Notes: generated from the sequence alone by a model not told the origin. Positions 28,240-44,311 are shown, numbered from the stretch's first letter. The stretch: DNA of 64,000 nt from the human T2T-CHM13v2.0 reference genome, Homo sapiens (GCF_009914755.1 NC_060928.1), one strand, 5' to 3'. Numbers and translations: made by a program.

Positions 28240-28548
<309 letters not shown>

Positions 28549-28926
28549 ACGCCGAGCAATTTTTAAAACACAAATCTGATTGGACCACCCCCCTGTTTAA
28601 AAGCCTTTAATGACCTCTTAACTATTCTTAGGTTAAAGTCTAAAATCTTCATCCTGTCTTACAAGCTCTGGCATGGTCCAGCCTTTGACCGTCCGTCCAG
28701 CCCTATCTCTCAGCCTCTTCCCCTTTCCCTCCAACTTCTAGCCACTGTGGCCTCCCCTCCCACCCTCAAATGTACCAAATGCTTCTACCTCAGGGCCTTT
28801 GTGTGTGATGTTTGTTCTGCTAACTGCTTCCTCACCCCTCTCCTCCCTTCTCTACTCCCATCATTCTCTCTTTTTTACCTTTGATAACATAACCTCCGCC
28901 CATGGCCAGATAAATCCTACTCACTA

Positions 28927-29217
28927 TTTTTTTCTTTTTTCAGATAGGTTCTCACTCTATCACCCAGGCTGGAGTGCAGTGGCATGATCTTGGCTCCCTC
29001 TGCCTCCCAGGCTCAAGCGATGCTCCCACTTCAGCCTCCTGAGTAGCTGGGACTATGGGCACACACCACCATGCCTGGCTAATTTTTGTACTTTTGTAGA
29101 GGTGGGATTTCGCCGTGTTGTCCAGGGTGGTCTCAAACTCCTGGCCTCAAGCAGTTGCCCCTCCTAGGGGCACTTTCAAAGTGCTAGGATTACAGGCACG
29201 AGCCACCGCGCCCAGTC
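28927..29217 (-). mobile_element. Alu (AluJ-like)
   Basis: Diverged antisense dimer with GGCTCAAGCGAT and CTCCTGGCCTCAAGC, typical of AluJ. Confidence 0.9.
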
Positions 29218-30690
29218 CTTACTGAATTTCTTGTCTTCGTTGAATTGTTGCTGACTTTCTAAATATTTCCATTAGCCAATGTATCATAATTGATGGTTGA
29301 TAATTATATTTTGGTTTTTGAGGTTGTCATTGTCCTCATCAATAAAGGCAGTTACTAAGACGGTACTGTAAAAACCCTTGAGCTTAGCATTGTGCTTTGA
29401 ACTTAATAGATATTCAATAAATGTGAAAGAAGAAAATAATTGCCGCAAAGACATACAGTTCTTCCATGCTTCTGGGAATTTCAGAATTTATCCTTGGATT
29501 AAGTCAATTAATAAGAGGTATGTATTTCTGGATCCCAAAGTATTGCCTTTTGCCACCCCCAACCACCATATGATAAATACTTTAACTTAAACGGGCCTTA
29601 GAATGATTTTATCAGCTTATAATGGGGGATGTTATAAGAGATAAAGTTATAAAATAAGTATTTGCTATAAAGTTAATTGAAGACATAATTCATTCTATAA
29701 GTACCCACAGGAAACAAGTCTGTTCAAAATAGTGATGCTTCTTTGGAGCTACTGGTTGGTTTTTATCTTATGAAGATGATTAAAAGCATAATTAACAGTA
29801 TCTTCTTCTTTAAGCAGTCAAATTGGTGGCCCACTTTTGGCAAATGGATATGATTTCATGCCGTACTTTTAATATACTAACCTGATGGCTGGTAACATTT
29901 TACTTCCTTACACTTTTGTTTTGCCTCAATCTTCTCACCTCTTGTGAATTTGTGTTACCATATGCCTCTTCATAAGCCATCTTAAATCCTTTCTGGGATA
30001 AGGTGGGGTATAAATAAACAAACAAGAAATGTGTAATATATGCTTCTCTGCTACACTTCTGTGCTTTTCCCTGGAGGTACTAAAACAATTGTGAAAATAA
30101 GGCCAAAGATTTCTTTTCAGTTTCCTCTATAGTCACAGAGAATCGCTTAGGCTCACTAAAACCGTTCCCTAGATGGAGTCAAGTTGCTTTTTTAGTAATT
30201 CCATTCATAAATACACACTGGCTGTCTAGTAGAGCACTTGAAATCTTGATAATCAAAAGCTTATTGTGTGTTTGAGAAGCCTGAAAGGAAATTGAAGCTA
30301 ATACCAAGGGAGAATAGAATAAAGTTAGATGTTTTCCTTCCAAACCAGCAGGAGGTCATTTAAAGTATAATGTAATGCACAACGTTTAACTTTATGAACC
30401 TTTTCGCTTTTTCTGCTCATTTTGTTTTGCATTTACATTAGTAAGGTTACTCTATCACACATAATTAACTTGCCATCTATAGAATGAGAAAAAAAATCCA
30501 AGGTTGTACTGATACTTTATAACAGAACAATAAGTATGTTTGACATTGTAAGTTTCTTTGAAAAGTTCAGAAGTTAAAAAAAATTAAGGACTCTATATAC
30601 TTACATCTTTACTAGTTATTTATCCTTCCTCCCCTCTCTACTCCCACACCCAATATACAATTATGAAGTAGAAACAGAATCACTACAGTT

Positions 30691-30777
30691 AAAAAAAAAA
30701 AGAAAGAAAGAGAAAAGAAAGAAAGAAAGAAAAAGAAAGAAAGAAAGAAAGAGAAAGAAAGAGAAAGAAAGAAAGAA
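30691..30777. repeat. Poly(A) plus (GAAA)n-type purine repeat
   Basis: A-run followed by imperfect GAAA tetranucleotide repeats. Confidence 0.9.
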
Positions 30778-31539
30778 GCAATTTAGGAAAAAAATACAAT
30801 GGAAAAATGGGAAACACTATTTTCACTAAATCTGCATCAACAATGAAGTCTCTCTGGGCAAGTATAAAGGAGATGTTATGATTGGCACCCCTGGTGATCT
30901 TCTCTTCTGTTCTCTGGAAATATTTTCTTGGACCTTTGTCCTCTAAAGTCCCTGGTTCTGCACTCTGAGACCTTCTCCTCTCTCCATTTTTCTTTATGAC
31001 CACATGTGAGGTGAGCACTTGGAACAATGCCTTTCTGGGGGGTTCACAGTTTTTATATCCTGTTTCCAGCTGGCACAGGTTTTGGAGCCCAGGGATTACT
31101 TCAGAGGCTGACCAGACTTTTTCAGACCCAGTTTGTGGTTTCTTGGGCTATATTATCCCCTCAGAAACTTGGTAAACTTCTAATGAACAGTGTGTGCCCA
31201 ATCTGTTGCATGTGTGGCTTGCCCTAGCCAAAATCTGGCCTAGAAATAGTTTTTAAGTACAAAAGCTTTGGACTTTTACCTTCCACTGCGATTAATTTCT
31301 TTTCTCATACCTAAATTATGGCTCCCTTAGAGCTGTCTGAAAACAACCTCCTTGAATTGATATTTGCCTCAAAGCTGGCTCCCACTGTCTTGCAGAGAAC
31401 AATGATTAGAAGATGCTTGAAGAGTATGTTGGGGCAGAGTCCTATGTGTAGCTAGGCAGTCATTGCTTATTACCAGTCCATTTAGGATACAAACGCAATT
31501 AGGTTTTTCATCTCTGCAAGACCCCAAATTACTGGGTAT

Positions 31540-32672
<1,133 letters not shown>

Positions 32673-34355
32673 TTGCCTAGATTACAGAGTAACTGGGCTC
32701 AAACACTGAGATGATACCAGACTTAAGGGTCATGTTCTCAAGCCATGCTCTCTGAGCAGGAGCCTGGTGGAGGCACGCAGTTTGTTGACATGGTCAAGCA
32801 GTTGTCTGTCTGCTTGGAGACTAGGGAATAAAGGGAGTCAGCTAGTTGTATGTGCCATCTTATGGGGACAGGTCTCAGAGACTTAGTGGAAAATTTGATG
32901 AGATTCATGAAGTTGTTGTCTAATTTTATTGAATCATGCAGAAATGAAAGATAGTTTCAAAAGCCTATTAAAAAGCTTGAAACAGCATGGGTAACAGTAT
33001 TGTTTCTTTTAGCATAAAGTTAACTTGGGAAGAGAATGGAAGATTTAGGAATACTAGAATGAAGTGGCAGATTGTTTTCTCTAAAAGTTAAAAAATAATA
33101 GGTTGGAGGAAAAAAAAAATGTGCTGAGGGGGTTAAACTTATCTTGAGAATCAAGATCAGACAAAACTGAGATTCCAGACAGTTGGAGGATGACAGATAT
33201 GGCAGGAAGGAAAAGAACTGTGAGAAGAGTATGGAAGAAAATGTTAAGGAACAAGTTTGACGAGAATCCCTGTGTTCTCACATATTACATCTATTGCATA
33301 GAGAGTATATATTTTATACAAATACTGAAAAGTGACTTAATGTTTTGAATTAGATTTCCTGTATGATCTTATAAGCATTCTCATAGCCTGGAAGTTTTGA
33401 AGTAATGACATTTCATGTGATTGGAAAGATTTACTTTTTTCAAAAGAAGTGATCTGATAGAAGAAACAGGGAAATGACTATATGATAATAAGGATACGGT
33501 GAAAAACCACAACCCTATAGAAGTTCCATATAAATCTCTTTACAAAAATGTAATACAAAGAAACAGAAGGAGGTTGAAGAAATGGGACATAGATATGTAC
33601 CAATGGCTTCCATTCTTTTCGAGACTTAGAGGTACTTAGAAAAGTAGTGACTTCAGGGCCTCACCAAAGACCCACCAGACCACAGTCTACTATCCAGGAC
33701 TCGGGAATCTGTATTTATAATGTAAAAACAAAAACACTTTCAAATTTTTCATCCTGGGAGTGGCTTTCGGGAACTGCTGCTACAGACATTCAATGAGAAG
33801 GAAGGGAAGAATGCTGCTTTCCTAATGTGGATCACAAAACTGGCGCAGAGATGAAACAGAGATGAAGTCTAGTGGTAGTGCTGGGGGCAGCATCCCCTGC
33901 CCTTCTGCAGTCAGCTGCGTGTTTCCTCCTGATGAAGCAGAGCAGCTAGTACATTCTGGATTTTTCTGTTGTTGTTGCAAATGGCACTTTTCAAATTTGA
34001 GGAAGAAATGAGGGAAATGTGTACCAGGACTGTTCTAGCTTCTTCCAATCTCCTATCCAGGGTGTTATTGCCTGAATCCAAAAGAAGCCAAAGGGCTCAG
34101 GAGCTGGTGATGGGTCAGCTGGGCCTCTGGAGAAAAGGACAGGGTGAAGGCAGGGTGGACCTTGAGGGGCATGTGGAGATTTGGGGGGCACTGAAGCGGT
34201 AGGAACTAGCCAGCCCAGCCCCAGCACTACAAATTTGTGTGGTCATTCTTCATATCATAACCCAACCTGTTCACTATCCCTAAAAAACTTCTTACAGAGC
34301 TTCATGGCCATTCATAAAGATGGAGTTGCTCTGGCTAAAGAAAAGAAGTTTAAAT

Positions 34356-35170
34356 CTAATCAGAGAAATGCAAATCAAAACCACAATGAGATAACATCTG
34401 ACCCCAGTCAGAATGGCTATTATGAAAAAGACAAAAAATAACAGATACTGGCAAAGGTTCAGAGTAAAGGGAATTCTGATGCACTGTTGGTGAGAATGTA
34501 AACTAGTACAGCCACTATGGAAAATGGCATGGAGATTTCTCAAAAAAGTAAAAATATAATTACCGTTTGATCCAGCAACCTCACTACTGGGTATCTGCCC
34601 AAAGGAAAAGATCAATATATTAAAGTGATACCTGCACTCACATGTTTGTTGCAGCACTATTCATAATAGCACAGATATGGAATCAACTTAAGTGTACACC
34701 AACAGATGAATGGATAAAGAAAATGTGACATAGATACACAATGGAATACTATTCAGTCATAAAAAATGAAATCATGTCATCTGTAGCAATGTGGATAAAA
34801 CTGGAGGTATTGTTTTAAATGAAATAAGCCTGGCACAAAAAGACAAATATTGCATGCTCTCACTTACATACAGAAGCTAAAAAATTTGATCACATGGAGG
34901 TGGAGAGTGGAAAGACAGATAACAGAGGCTGGGAAGGGTGAGTAGGGGAGAATGGGGGAGGATGAAGAGAAGTGGATTAAAGGGTACAAACACACAGTAA
35001 GATAGAAGGAATAAATTCAAATTTTGTAGCACAGTAGGATGACTATACTTAACAAAAATATATTGTACTTGGGTGATAGACATTCTAAATAGCCTGACTT
35101 AATCACTACACATCATATACATGTAACAAAATTTCCCACTTGCCCCATAAATTTGTACAAATAAAACAAA
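34356..35170 (+). mobile_element. 5'-truncated L1MA-like element (ORF2 end and 3'UTR)
   Basis: CAGAGAAATGCAAATCAAAACCACAATGAGA...ATGGAATACTATTCAG...CCCCATAAATTTGTACAAATAAAA. Confidence 0.88.
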
Positions 35171-35570
35171 TGGAAATGATGAGGCAGGAAATGTGCATAC
35201 TGCTACTGTAAACACTTGAACTGAAAATGGACCCCTCACTCATTCTGTCTTTCAGTGGTCTCTCTAGCCAGTTGGTGGTATTTTGGCTGGCAGATCATAC
35301 TCTATATACTCTGGAAAGATAAGGTGAACCTTCATCTCAAGGAATAAATGATGGTTGGAATGAACAGAGGGTATAGAAGTCTATATTAGGTTTATTTATT
35401 AATCTGAAGTTCAATATTTCTTTTGACATACAAGCATTAATCTCGAGCAGAAAGGAGCAGGAAGAGTTTATTTCAGTTTTATTTGCTGGTGTTTCCTTAA
35501 AGCCATGTCTACAGCCATCATACTGAGATGAAATTGGTTTGGTAAAAGAGCTAGGGGATCAGTTCTAGCT

Positions 35571-35638
35571 CTGGAAAGGAGAGAAATGTCTCGGTAGAGT
35601 GAGACTGGAAAGGAGAGAAATGTCTCGGTAGAGTGAGA
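35571..35638. repeat. Perfect 34-bp tandem duplication
   Basis: CTGGAAAGGAGAGAAATGTCTCGGTAGAGTGAGA twice (35571-35604, 35605-35638). Confidence 0.95.
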
Positions 35639-36971
35639 ATTTATAAGATCTGAAAATTGGACATAATGGGTTTCGTGGAAACTACCCAAGTGCCAGGGCT
35701 GCAAGAGATTTAGAGCTGTTGCATAATCTCTCTCTGGCTTTCAGCAGAAGCAGTCACCGTGGCTACACTGGTCTTCAGTGAATTATCCCCAATGTTCCAG
35801 ATGGCATGGGCAGCAGGATTACATGATAACATGGGGGTAAGTATCAGAGGCTTTCAAAAGGCATTTATTAGAAATTATTTCTGACAAAAGGTTAGCAAAT
35901 CCCGTCCTTTCAAATTTATCAGTACTCTTTTTATCTATACTTATCACAGTGCTGGGTACACAGTAAGAAATCAATAAGTACTTTCTTTTCTTTGATTAAA
36001 ATTTGCCAACATATAAACACAATTCTGTATCAATATTTGCTATATTCACCAAATATATATTAATTCCTACTATGCAACTAGAACTGGCCAGGCACTAAAG
36101 TAACAAAAAAGATAAATGACATGATCTCACCTCTCAAAGGGCTTACATTTCAGTGCAAATAAATATATAATTACAAATTATAATACAAGCCATGAAAGAA
36201 AAGAGCTAAAAACTTTGAGTGATTTTAATGGGAGGACATGATTTGGTTTAAGGATTGAGAATCTCTGCTCTAAGAAAATGACATTTGAGCTGAGATGTGA
36301 AGGATAAGTAGGAATCAACTCCTTGAAAGAAGTGAGCATTTCAGACCTTTAAAAAAAATCAGGGAAGATAAAATTCTGAGGTATGAAGAAGCAAGGTGCA
36401 TTCCAGGAGGGCCAGTGTGATAGGCGCTCAGGAAGCAAGGGGAAGCAGGTGAGAGATGAGGCTGGAGAGGTGGACAGCAGCAGGTTGTGGCTCTTATACA
36501 GAATCATTTATTTTAAGAGTCATTGAAAGTCATAATCAGAGAAGGATTATGATCTAAGCTGTTTCTGAAAATATTACTTTAAGGATTGGATAGAGGAAGG
36601 CAGAAGAGGATGCTGTCCAGGAAAGAGATGATTTCAGTTTGGATAGAGTGGTAGTGGCTGAAACTAGGACAAGTAAAGGGATTTGAGGAATATGTACAAG
36701 TCTAAATTGATAGGTCTTGACGATGTAGCAGGTGCGTGTGTGTTTTGTCATGTGTTGGACAACAGAGAGGGAACTGTCAAAGCCAACAGCCCTGGTTCTC
36801 TGCTTTTGTAGCTGGACAAATAGCTGTGCCATATTCTTGAGACAGTAATGGCGGAGGACCAGATTTGGAAAAAACATGATCAGTTAAGTTTTAGGTATGT
36901 TGATTCTGAGGCACTTTCCAAGCGGAGATGCTGAGAAGCAGTTGGGAGCTCAGAAGAAAGGTCTGACATGG

Positions 36972-37432
36972 TGTGGAAGAACTTTAATGGGCTTGTCCAA
37001 CATCCATTCCCAACTCTTTTCTCTTTTGCCAGCCTCTACTATAGAGGCTGGATAAGCAACATTTTCAGTTTCCTTATCTTTTTGCATATGAGGATAGCCA
37101 TGGAACAAAGATCTGGCCAATGTGACATAAGCTTGAGTTTGTCAAGGAATTATCAGGAAACCTTTTTTTTTTTCCTGATATAGATACTATCTCACCTCTG
37201 GTTTATTCTATCACTTTGAATATGGATGTGAATATGGAACTTTTGCAGCCATATTACTGCCATCAGAGAACAGGCAAGAGAATCATAGACACTTCAGTCA
37301 AGATGTCATTGAACAACTAAAATATGCCAGCAAAAGCTACCTCCCAACTTTATGAAAAACAAAATAAAATTATATTTTTTCAGCTACTCTGTTTTTTATT
37401 AATTGCAGAAACAAACTATTTCTAGCTGATAC
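36972..37432 (+). mobile_element. Old ERVL/MaLR-class solo LTR (subfamily uncertain)
   Basis: TGTGG start, TCTGGCCAATGTGACATAAGC, TGCAGCCAT, ends CTAGCTGATACA. Confidence 0.55.
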
Positions 37433-37914
37433 AGGTAGAGTTATAAATTTGACAATCATCAGCATATGGATGATAATTGGAGCCAGGCGCCAGAAGAAAA
37501 AGGCCCAGAACAGACCTTAATGAACTCCAACAACTGAAGTCTAGTTAAAGCAAAAGGAGCAAGAACAGGAGCTGAGGAAGAGTGTCCAAAAAGGTAGGAA
37601 GGAAACCAGAAGAGTGTGTAAAACAAGGACGCCGATGGAAAAGGGTCTTATAAAAAGGAATGAATGGTCAATGGTGTTAGATGTAGCTGTTAGCTGAATC
37701 CTAAAGCATCTACTGGATTTGGTGACATAGAGGTCACTTGTGACTGTGGTGGAACTATTGGAATGCATTATATAGGAAGGGTAGGCCAAGAAATGGAAAC
37801 ATCATCTACAGATAACTCTTTTGGGGTGTCAGGCTGAAAAAGAAGAAGGTAGCAGGAAGAAGCTGGATAGAGAGATTTTGTTTTGTTTTTCAAATGAGAG
37901 GATGGAGGAAGTTG

Positions 37915-38215
<301 letters not shown>

Positions 38216-38736
38216 TGGATGAAGTTTTAAAATATGTAGAAAGGACCATCCAGGCCAGATAAAGAGAAGAGAAAAAGGTTATTGATAGCATGAGATTCCC
38301 AAGAAGGTGGAGGCAATTGGTGATCACAGCACAGGTAAAGGGATTAGTTTTTAATGTTAAAAATATGAGACTCAGAGAGGCAGATTAAATCTGATGAATA
38401 AGATAACCTAAATACAGCCAGTTTATTTAGGACGTAGGCACTGTTGCTTTCTGGATATACTGATTATATAATTTGCAATATAAACTATAGGGGCCTCTGT
38501 AGAAATGTGGAGAATTCCTGTGGTGATTTTGAGGTTTGCAGGACAAAGACAGCAAACCTGCTCCACAGTTGCCCCACTGGGCGACTTTGATTTTCATGGT
38601 GGATATATCACACTATAACGTCTAGCTCTCACTCTCACTTTGGTGGGTATGTGGTATTCTAGTATATAGTAGCCAATCTTACTTTGGGATATATAGCAGT
38701 CTAGATTCTAGCCCTCCGTCTTCACTTGGTGAATAA

Positions 38737-39144
38737 AATGGTTAATTTTATGTGTCAGCTTCGATATGCTACAGTCTCTAGTTATTCAATGAAACACTAA
38801 TCTAAGTATTGTTGTGAAGACATTTTATAGATGCAATTAAAGTTCATTATCAGTCAACTTTAAGTGAGTGAGATTATCCTAGATCATCTAGGTGGGCCTG
38901 ATTTTATCAGTTGATGAAAGGCCTTAAGAGCAGAGCTGAGGTGTCCCTGGATGAAGAAGAAATTCTGTCTATGGGCAGCAGCTTCAGCTCACGGTCAAGA
39001 GTTCCAGCTTGCCTTTCCTGACAACCTGCCCTGAGGACTTGCCTAGCCAGCCCCCACAATAGTGGAAGCCAATTCCTTGTAACAAATCATTTAATATATA
39101 TTTCCTCCTGGTTCTCTTTCTCTGGGTGAATGCTGGCTGATATA
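38737..39144 (+). mobile_element. ERVL LTR (MLT2D-like)
   Basis: ATGGTTAATTTTATGTGTCAGCTT...GGTGGGCCTGATT...GAAGAAGAAATTCTG...CCTGGTTCTCTTTCTCTGG...CTGATATA. Confidence 0.85.
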
Positions 39145-41399
39145 GTGGCCATACTACAGTAAAAAATCTAGCCCTCAGGAAGCTGATTTGTTAAAATACC
39201 AAGGGTTGGCCTGACAGGTAGAAAGCTGAAAAGGCTAGCTAAAACACCAAGAGTACCTGTATACAGTAAGAAAGTTAGATTACAAATATTGGAAATACTC
39301 AAAGTCCATACGAATGGCACACTCATTGGACGATTTGTGGAATCAAACGTGGAAGTAGGGGCAGGTGAATATTGAACTACATCAGGCTAAGAGATCCGAT
39401 GCATCCGTCTTGCCATGGAGCCTCTCCCTTGCCAAGAGAACCTCAAGTACTTAAAGTTCCTTTGCTAAAGCTCTTTCTCTGACGGAATGCTACTCTGGTC
39501 ATTAACAATATTTGCCTACCTGACTTGCCTGTTTCTAAACTTACACGGCTAAGTAATTCCCTTTATAGATACACTACTTTCTTTACCTATGTTGATACTG
39601 ATATAGTCAATCCAGTTTCCCAAGAGCCTCACAGGCTTAGGCATCTTTCTACTTCCTTCCATGGTCCTTACATAGCTCTGCTCTAATCCCACTCTGTATT
39701 GATGTTACACACTGGCTTTCAGAGGGTAATGACTTTTTCCTCTTTCTTGAAAGCCCACCAAAAGTTTTTGTGAAATCAGTACTTCAATTCTAGACAAAGG
39801 GGTTGTGGGCCGTTGAAGGAATATGCATTCATGGTTCAGAAGGTAGCTCTTAGATTAGCTATTGTTAATCTTCTGGAAACTAGTTAGATTCTATCATACC
39901 ATCCAAACACCTTCTACTTTCAAGTCTTTCCTTCCAAATCAAAATGTTTGCAAACTGCCAATATCTATCCTAAAAGCTCTGCATACATTAATTTCTACAA
40001 TCCTTGTAACAAAGTATAAGCACCTTGAGACGAAGCCATTTTTATTTCTGCACTATGGAAGGAAAACCGAGGCTCAGAACATCAACAAGTTGTCCAGTGT
40101 CACATACTAGTAAGATGTGGAGCTGGGGTTTGTGTCCAGACCTATCTGACCCCACACCATGGGCTCTCCACCACAACACTGTAAATATCCCTCTTCCTTT
40201 AATAATTAGATACATCTATTGAAAGGTAATGTGGAGTTAATAAATTGTTTTTTAACCCCAAACCAGATTTCCTCCTACAGACCTTTCTAATCTGCTATGC
40301 ACATGGTATCTAAACATGGTTCAACCATCTTTTCACTTATGATCTCTTTTTCCCCTACGTGATTATGTGATATTAAATCTAATTTTTTTTCTTTGTTTGT
40401 CCCAAATGTGTTCTAATTTCTCATCCTCCTCTTTCCACTCTTATTCCTTATTCATTAGACTATAAATTCAAAGGGTAGTAAGTGATGCTTTGAGTTTCAA
40501 ATCATTCATCAGGATGATAAATGTTTTAATTTAGAAAAAAATCACATTTTTAGTTGATGTTGCACTTTAAAAACCACTTTACAATTATAAAGCACTTTTT
40601 TTCTATTCAAAGAGCTTTCATATACATTATACACATTATTTTGTTTGATCCTTACAGTATCCTTAGGATCTGAGTAAGATAGATACTATTCTCATTTTGC
40701 AGATGAAAAAAATTAAAATAGAAAGCTTAAGTAACATCATTTTCTGGCAAAATAGATTAGATATATGTAGATTTACATAGTAATGCCCACTAGGGTTCAT
40801 TCACTGAATTTATAGAACGAACACAGGAAAGTTTAATGGAGATATCAAATTATCCAATACAGTCACACAAAGGTGACAACAAACAAATAAAACTAGTGTG
40901 AACAGTCCCTGAAAGAAAACTATTAACCCTCCAATTAGACCAATCTCAGCTTAGTTTAACCAGATTATACTGCCCTGCCCCTAAATTTCTATACTTAGAT
41001 TACATCACTTGACCTTACTTGGATGATTCTATACACTTTTGTGGGAGGAGATGTAGGAAGAGAGTTATACATAGAATTTTCGGAAAGTAGCTAGAAAATA
41101 TCACCAAGTAAAGGCATGCTTTGAAATTCCGTATGCATTTCATTTTATTCTTCATTTTCCTTTCCTTTCCCTTCCTGCCTAACTAACCCCCATTGCTCCA
41201 CATACATTCATACCCACTCTCTCACACATATCGGCTTGCTCCATAAATAACTCAGCGACAGTACAAGCTCTAAGGGATATCAGAACAGCTCATTGGCTTC
41301 TTGGGCATGCTCTCCTCTCCTGGCCATCAAGTTTTCTTTGCTGATGAAAAGAAAAGACATTTTTTTTCCCTAAGATTAACCTATAGAGGGCATTAATTT

Positions 41400-41620
41400 A
41401 AAACATCACTAGGACACCGGGTGTCCAGGAGAACTGTGTACAAGCGCTAACCTCAAAACATTCAGACTTTGAACTAACACCTTTGAAGTAATCTGTGACT
41501 GAAATGCAATGCTTAGGTGATGCTTTCCAAGCCTGCGGCACACCATTCTCCCCAGGTAGGTGTCGATGTGAGTGCATCTCTGTGCTGAAGTGTCTTTGTA
41601 TGCCTGTGCGCACCCTATTT
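41400..41620. promoter_or_regulatory. Candidate enhancer module (TCF/T-box motifs)
   Basis: CTTTGAA (41467), TAACACCT (41475), CCTTTGAAG (41480), AGGTGTCGA (41558); non-repeat, several CpGs; motif inference only. Confidence 0.3.
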
Positions 41621-41668
41621 TCTTGATTTTTGTATGGATGGCATTATAGGGATCACAAAGCTACTTAA

Positions 41669-41974
<306 letters not shown>

Positions 41975-42234
41975 AACCCACTTTCTTAAAACTACTTCTA
42001 TCACAAATTTTTAGTTCTTCTGATTTTGGATTTTTTTTTTTTAACAAAAAAGAGGAAGAAGAAAACGGTAAAAAGAAAAAACAAAAAAAGAAAAGAATAA
42101 TGAAAGGGAAGCCAACACCACTTCAATTTGATTCGGATATCCAACCTTAAAAAAAAATAGTTCAAACCCAAAACCCAACAACCAAGAAAAACTCCAACGA
42201 AACAATAGAAATTTTAAGCTGAAAGTGTTCCAGA

Positions 42235-42580
42235 TCCCTCTGACAAAGAGCCTCCCGAGGATTACAATGCAGTCAATGTTGCTTTAATTAAATTTAATGC
42301 TGTGTGAAATGCACTCCAAGAAACTTTGATGAATGACTGGGGCAATTCACGGAGCTCACTAAAGGGCATCCAGCCCTTGCCGGGGTGTCAAGCCACGATG
42401 AATTGGTTAGTACAGGCATGTTTATAGACTGCCTCGGGAACCTCGTATCTGTGTGGTAATGTCAGAGATAATGTTATGATTCGCTGGACCTGAGGGGGCT
42501 TTGATGACACGGTTAATGAGATGTCCCAGAGAGCACCCCTGCAGGTTGTGCTCGGACCTCCCACATCAAACGAGCGGCCT
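42235..42580. promoter_or_regulatory. Candidate conserved non-coding element / developmental enhancer
   Basis: Non-repeat, 11 CpGs in about 340 bp, two CTTTGATG, TAATTA, ACAATG, several TGACA/TGTCA. Confidence 0.4.
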
Positions 42581-44311
42581 TGCCCCTCCAGAGCTGCTGC
42601 CCTCCAAATCCCTCAGCTGGGCTTTTCTTTCCTTAGGGTCTTTCTCCCTCTTTTCTTTCTTTCCTTTTTTTTTTTTTTTCCTTCTGAGTCTACATTCACT
42701 TTGTCTGGCTGTTGAAATTCAAAAGTTGTTAGTTTTTAATTTGGCTTCTTGTTGACCTGACAGTGAACAAAAGGCTTTCTGGGATTTGTGGAAACTAGGA
42801 GAGAAAAGAAAAGGATGCTGGGGAAAGGATAAAGAAAAAAGAAAAAGGACTCATGACCAAGAGAGGCAACATCTAAACATCACCCTGCTTACAAAAAACA
42901 AAGGTTCCCTGTAGACTTTGGTAGTAAAATGTGGTCATATTGTGGGAGAATGTGATTTTTAAAAACCTCAAATTTTATTTGCTTTACTGACATCTAAAAG
43001 AAAAAAAATTAATTGATAAAAATTAAAAATTAGCCAAAACAAGCACATAAGCAAGCAATTCACTTATGATTATAAAGGACACTGTTGTGTTTTAACAGTT
43101 TTTCTCCTCATTATAATCTGTGGGTAGAAAAAAATCCTCCTGGGAATTGAAGAAAGAAATGGTAGCTGGTAAATAAACATGCTTGGAATATATCTATCTC
43201 TGCAAAAAGTCCCCAGACAGGAAATGAACAGACAGTATTACCTCATTAAAGAGAATATGCATAGAAGGCAAAACAGAAGTATATCAAATAACCCTTCCTG
43301 AGAAAGAAAATTGTTTTGTTTATTTTATACTTTAAAGACATTCTAAAATATTTGCCTATCTAAATGTAGCCAAATATCTCCTCCTTGGGGAGAAAGCAGC
43401 CTTTATTATTAATACTTTATTATTTTTTCATAGAGGAAGAGAGGGAAACGATAACTCACCATTACATGTTCTAAATATGCTTGCCACTACCATTTTTCTT
43501 GTTTCTAAAGAAATTACTTGAAACTGAATAGGAAAAACAAGCAATAAAGTATTTCCCTTTTTTCTATCGCATTCTTTTTAAAAATAACTCCTATTGAAAT
43601 CCTATTAATTTTTTATTGCTGAAGGATAAGTGAACTGTCTAGGTAGACAGTTTCTTATGGTAAATGACATTTATTTAAAAATATACTTGTTTTGCTTAAT
43701 AGCAATATAATGAATGAAGTTGAAATTGGAGCACAGGCACAAAAGTGCCACACATGGTTTGGTTGGTTGTTTCCTAAAGAGGACAAAAGATAAGCAAGGA
43801 GCTAATCTATTTTAAAATAAGTCTAGCTCCAAGATAGTTTAGCTCTGAGATAGTATGACAAAATAATCTTTGTACTCATTAAGGATCAATTAGTGCTTCT
43901 GCTAACTGGACTCTTGCCCACAATTATAAAGGACAGAGAACCTCAGAAAGCTGGATGAGAAGCTTATTTCTTGGTTGTAAGTTGGAAAGAGTAGCTTTAT
44001 AGGTGAGAGGGTATTATTAATTATATCAAAGTTGAAGTATGGGTTGAAAAATGAATGAACACAGTAACCAATTGGATGTTGCTTTAGTAAAGAATGATTT
44101 CAAAATATTAAGTTGTTCCTTAACAGGGAGAGGAAAAATTAAGTGATTGAAAAGGAAGGATGTTTAATAGAAGAACTGGAGGTAAATACGATGCCTCTCT
44201 TACATAAGGAGCAGCTTATTAGAAGGTCTCTGTGAAATATGTTTACTTTTTATAGCTCTATGCCAGGCTCAAAGCCCTGACAACAGACAAACTGCCTGTG
44301 TGTAGCACAAG

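Noticed and set aside
41411-41427. Steroid response element-like AGGACA-N5-TGTCCA
   Set aside because: Spacer is 5 nt, whereas GRE/ARE/PRE sites use 3 nt.
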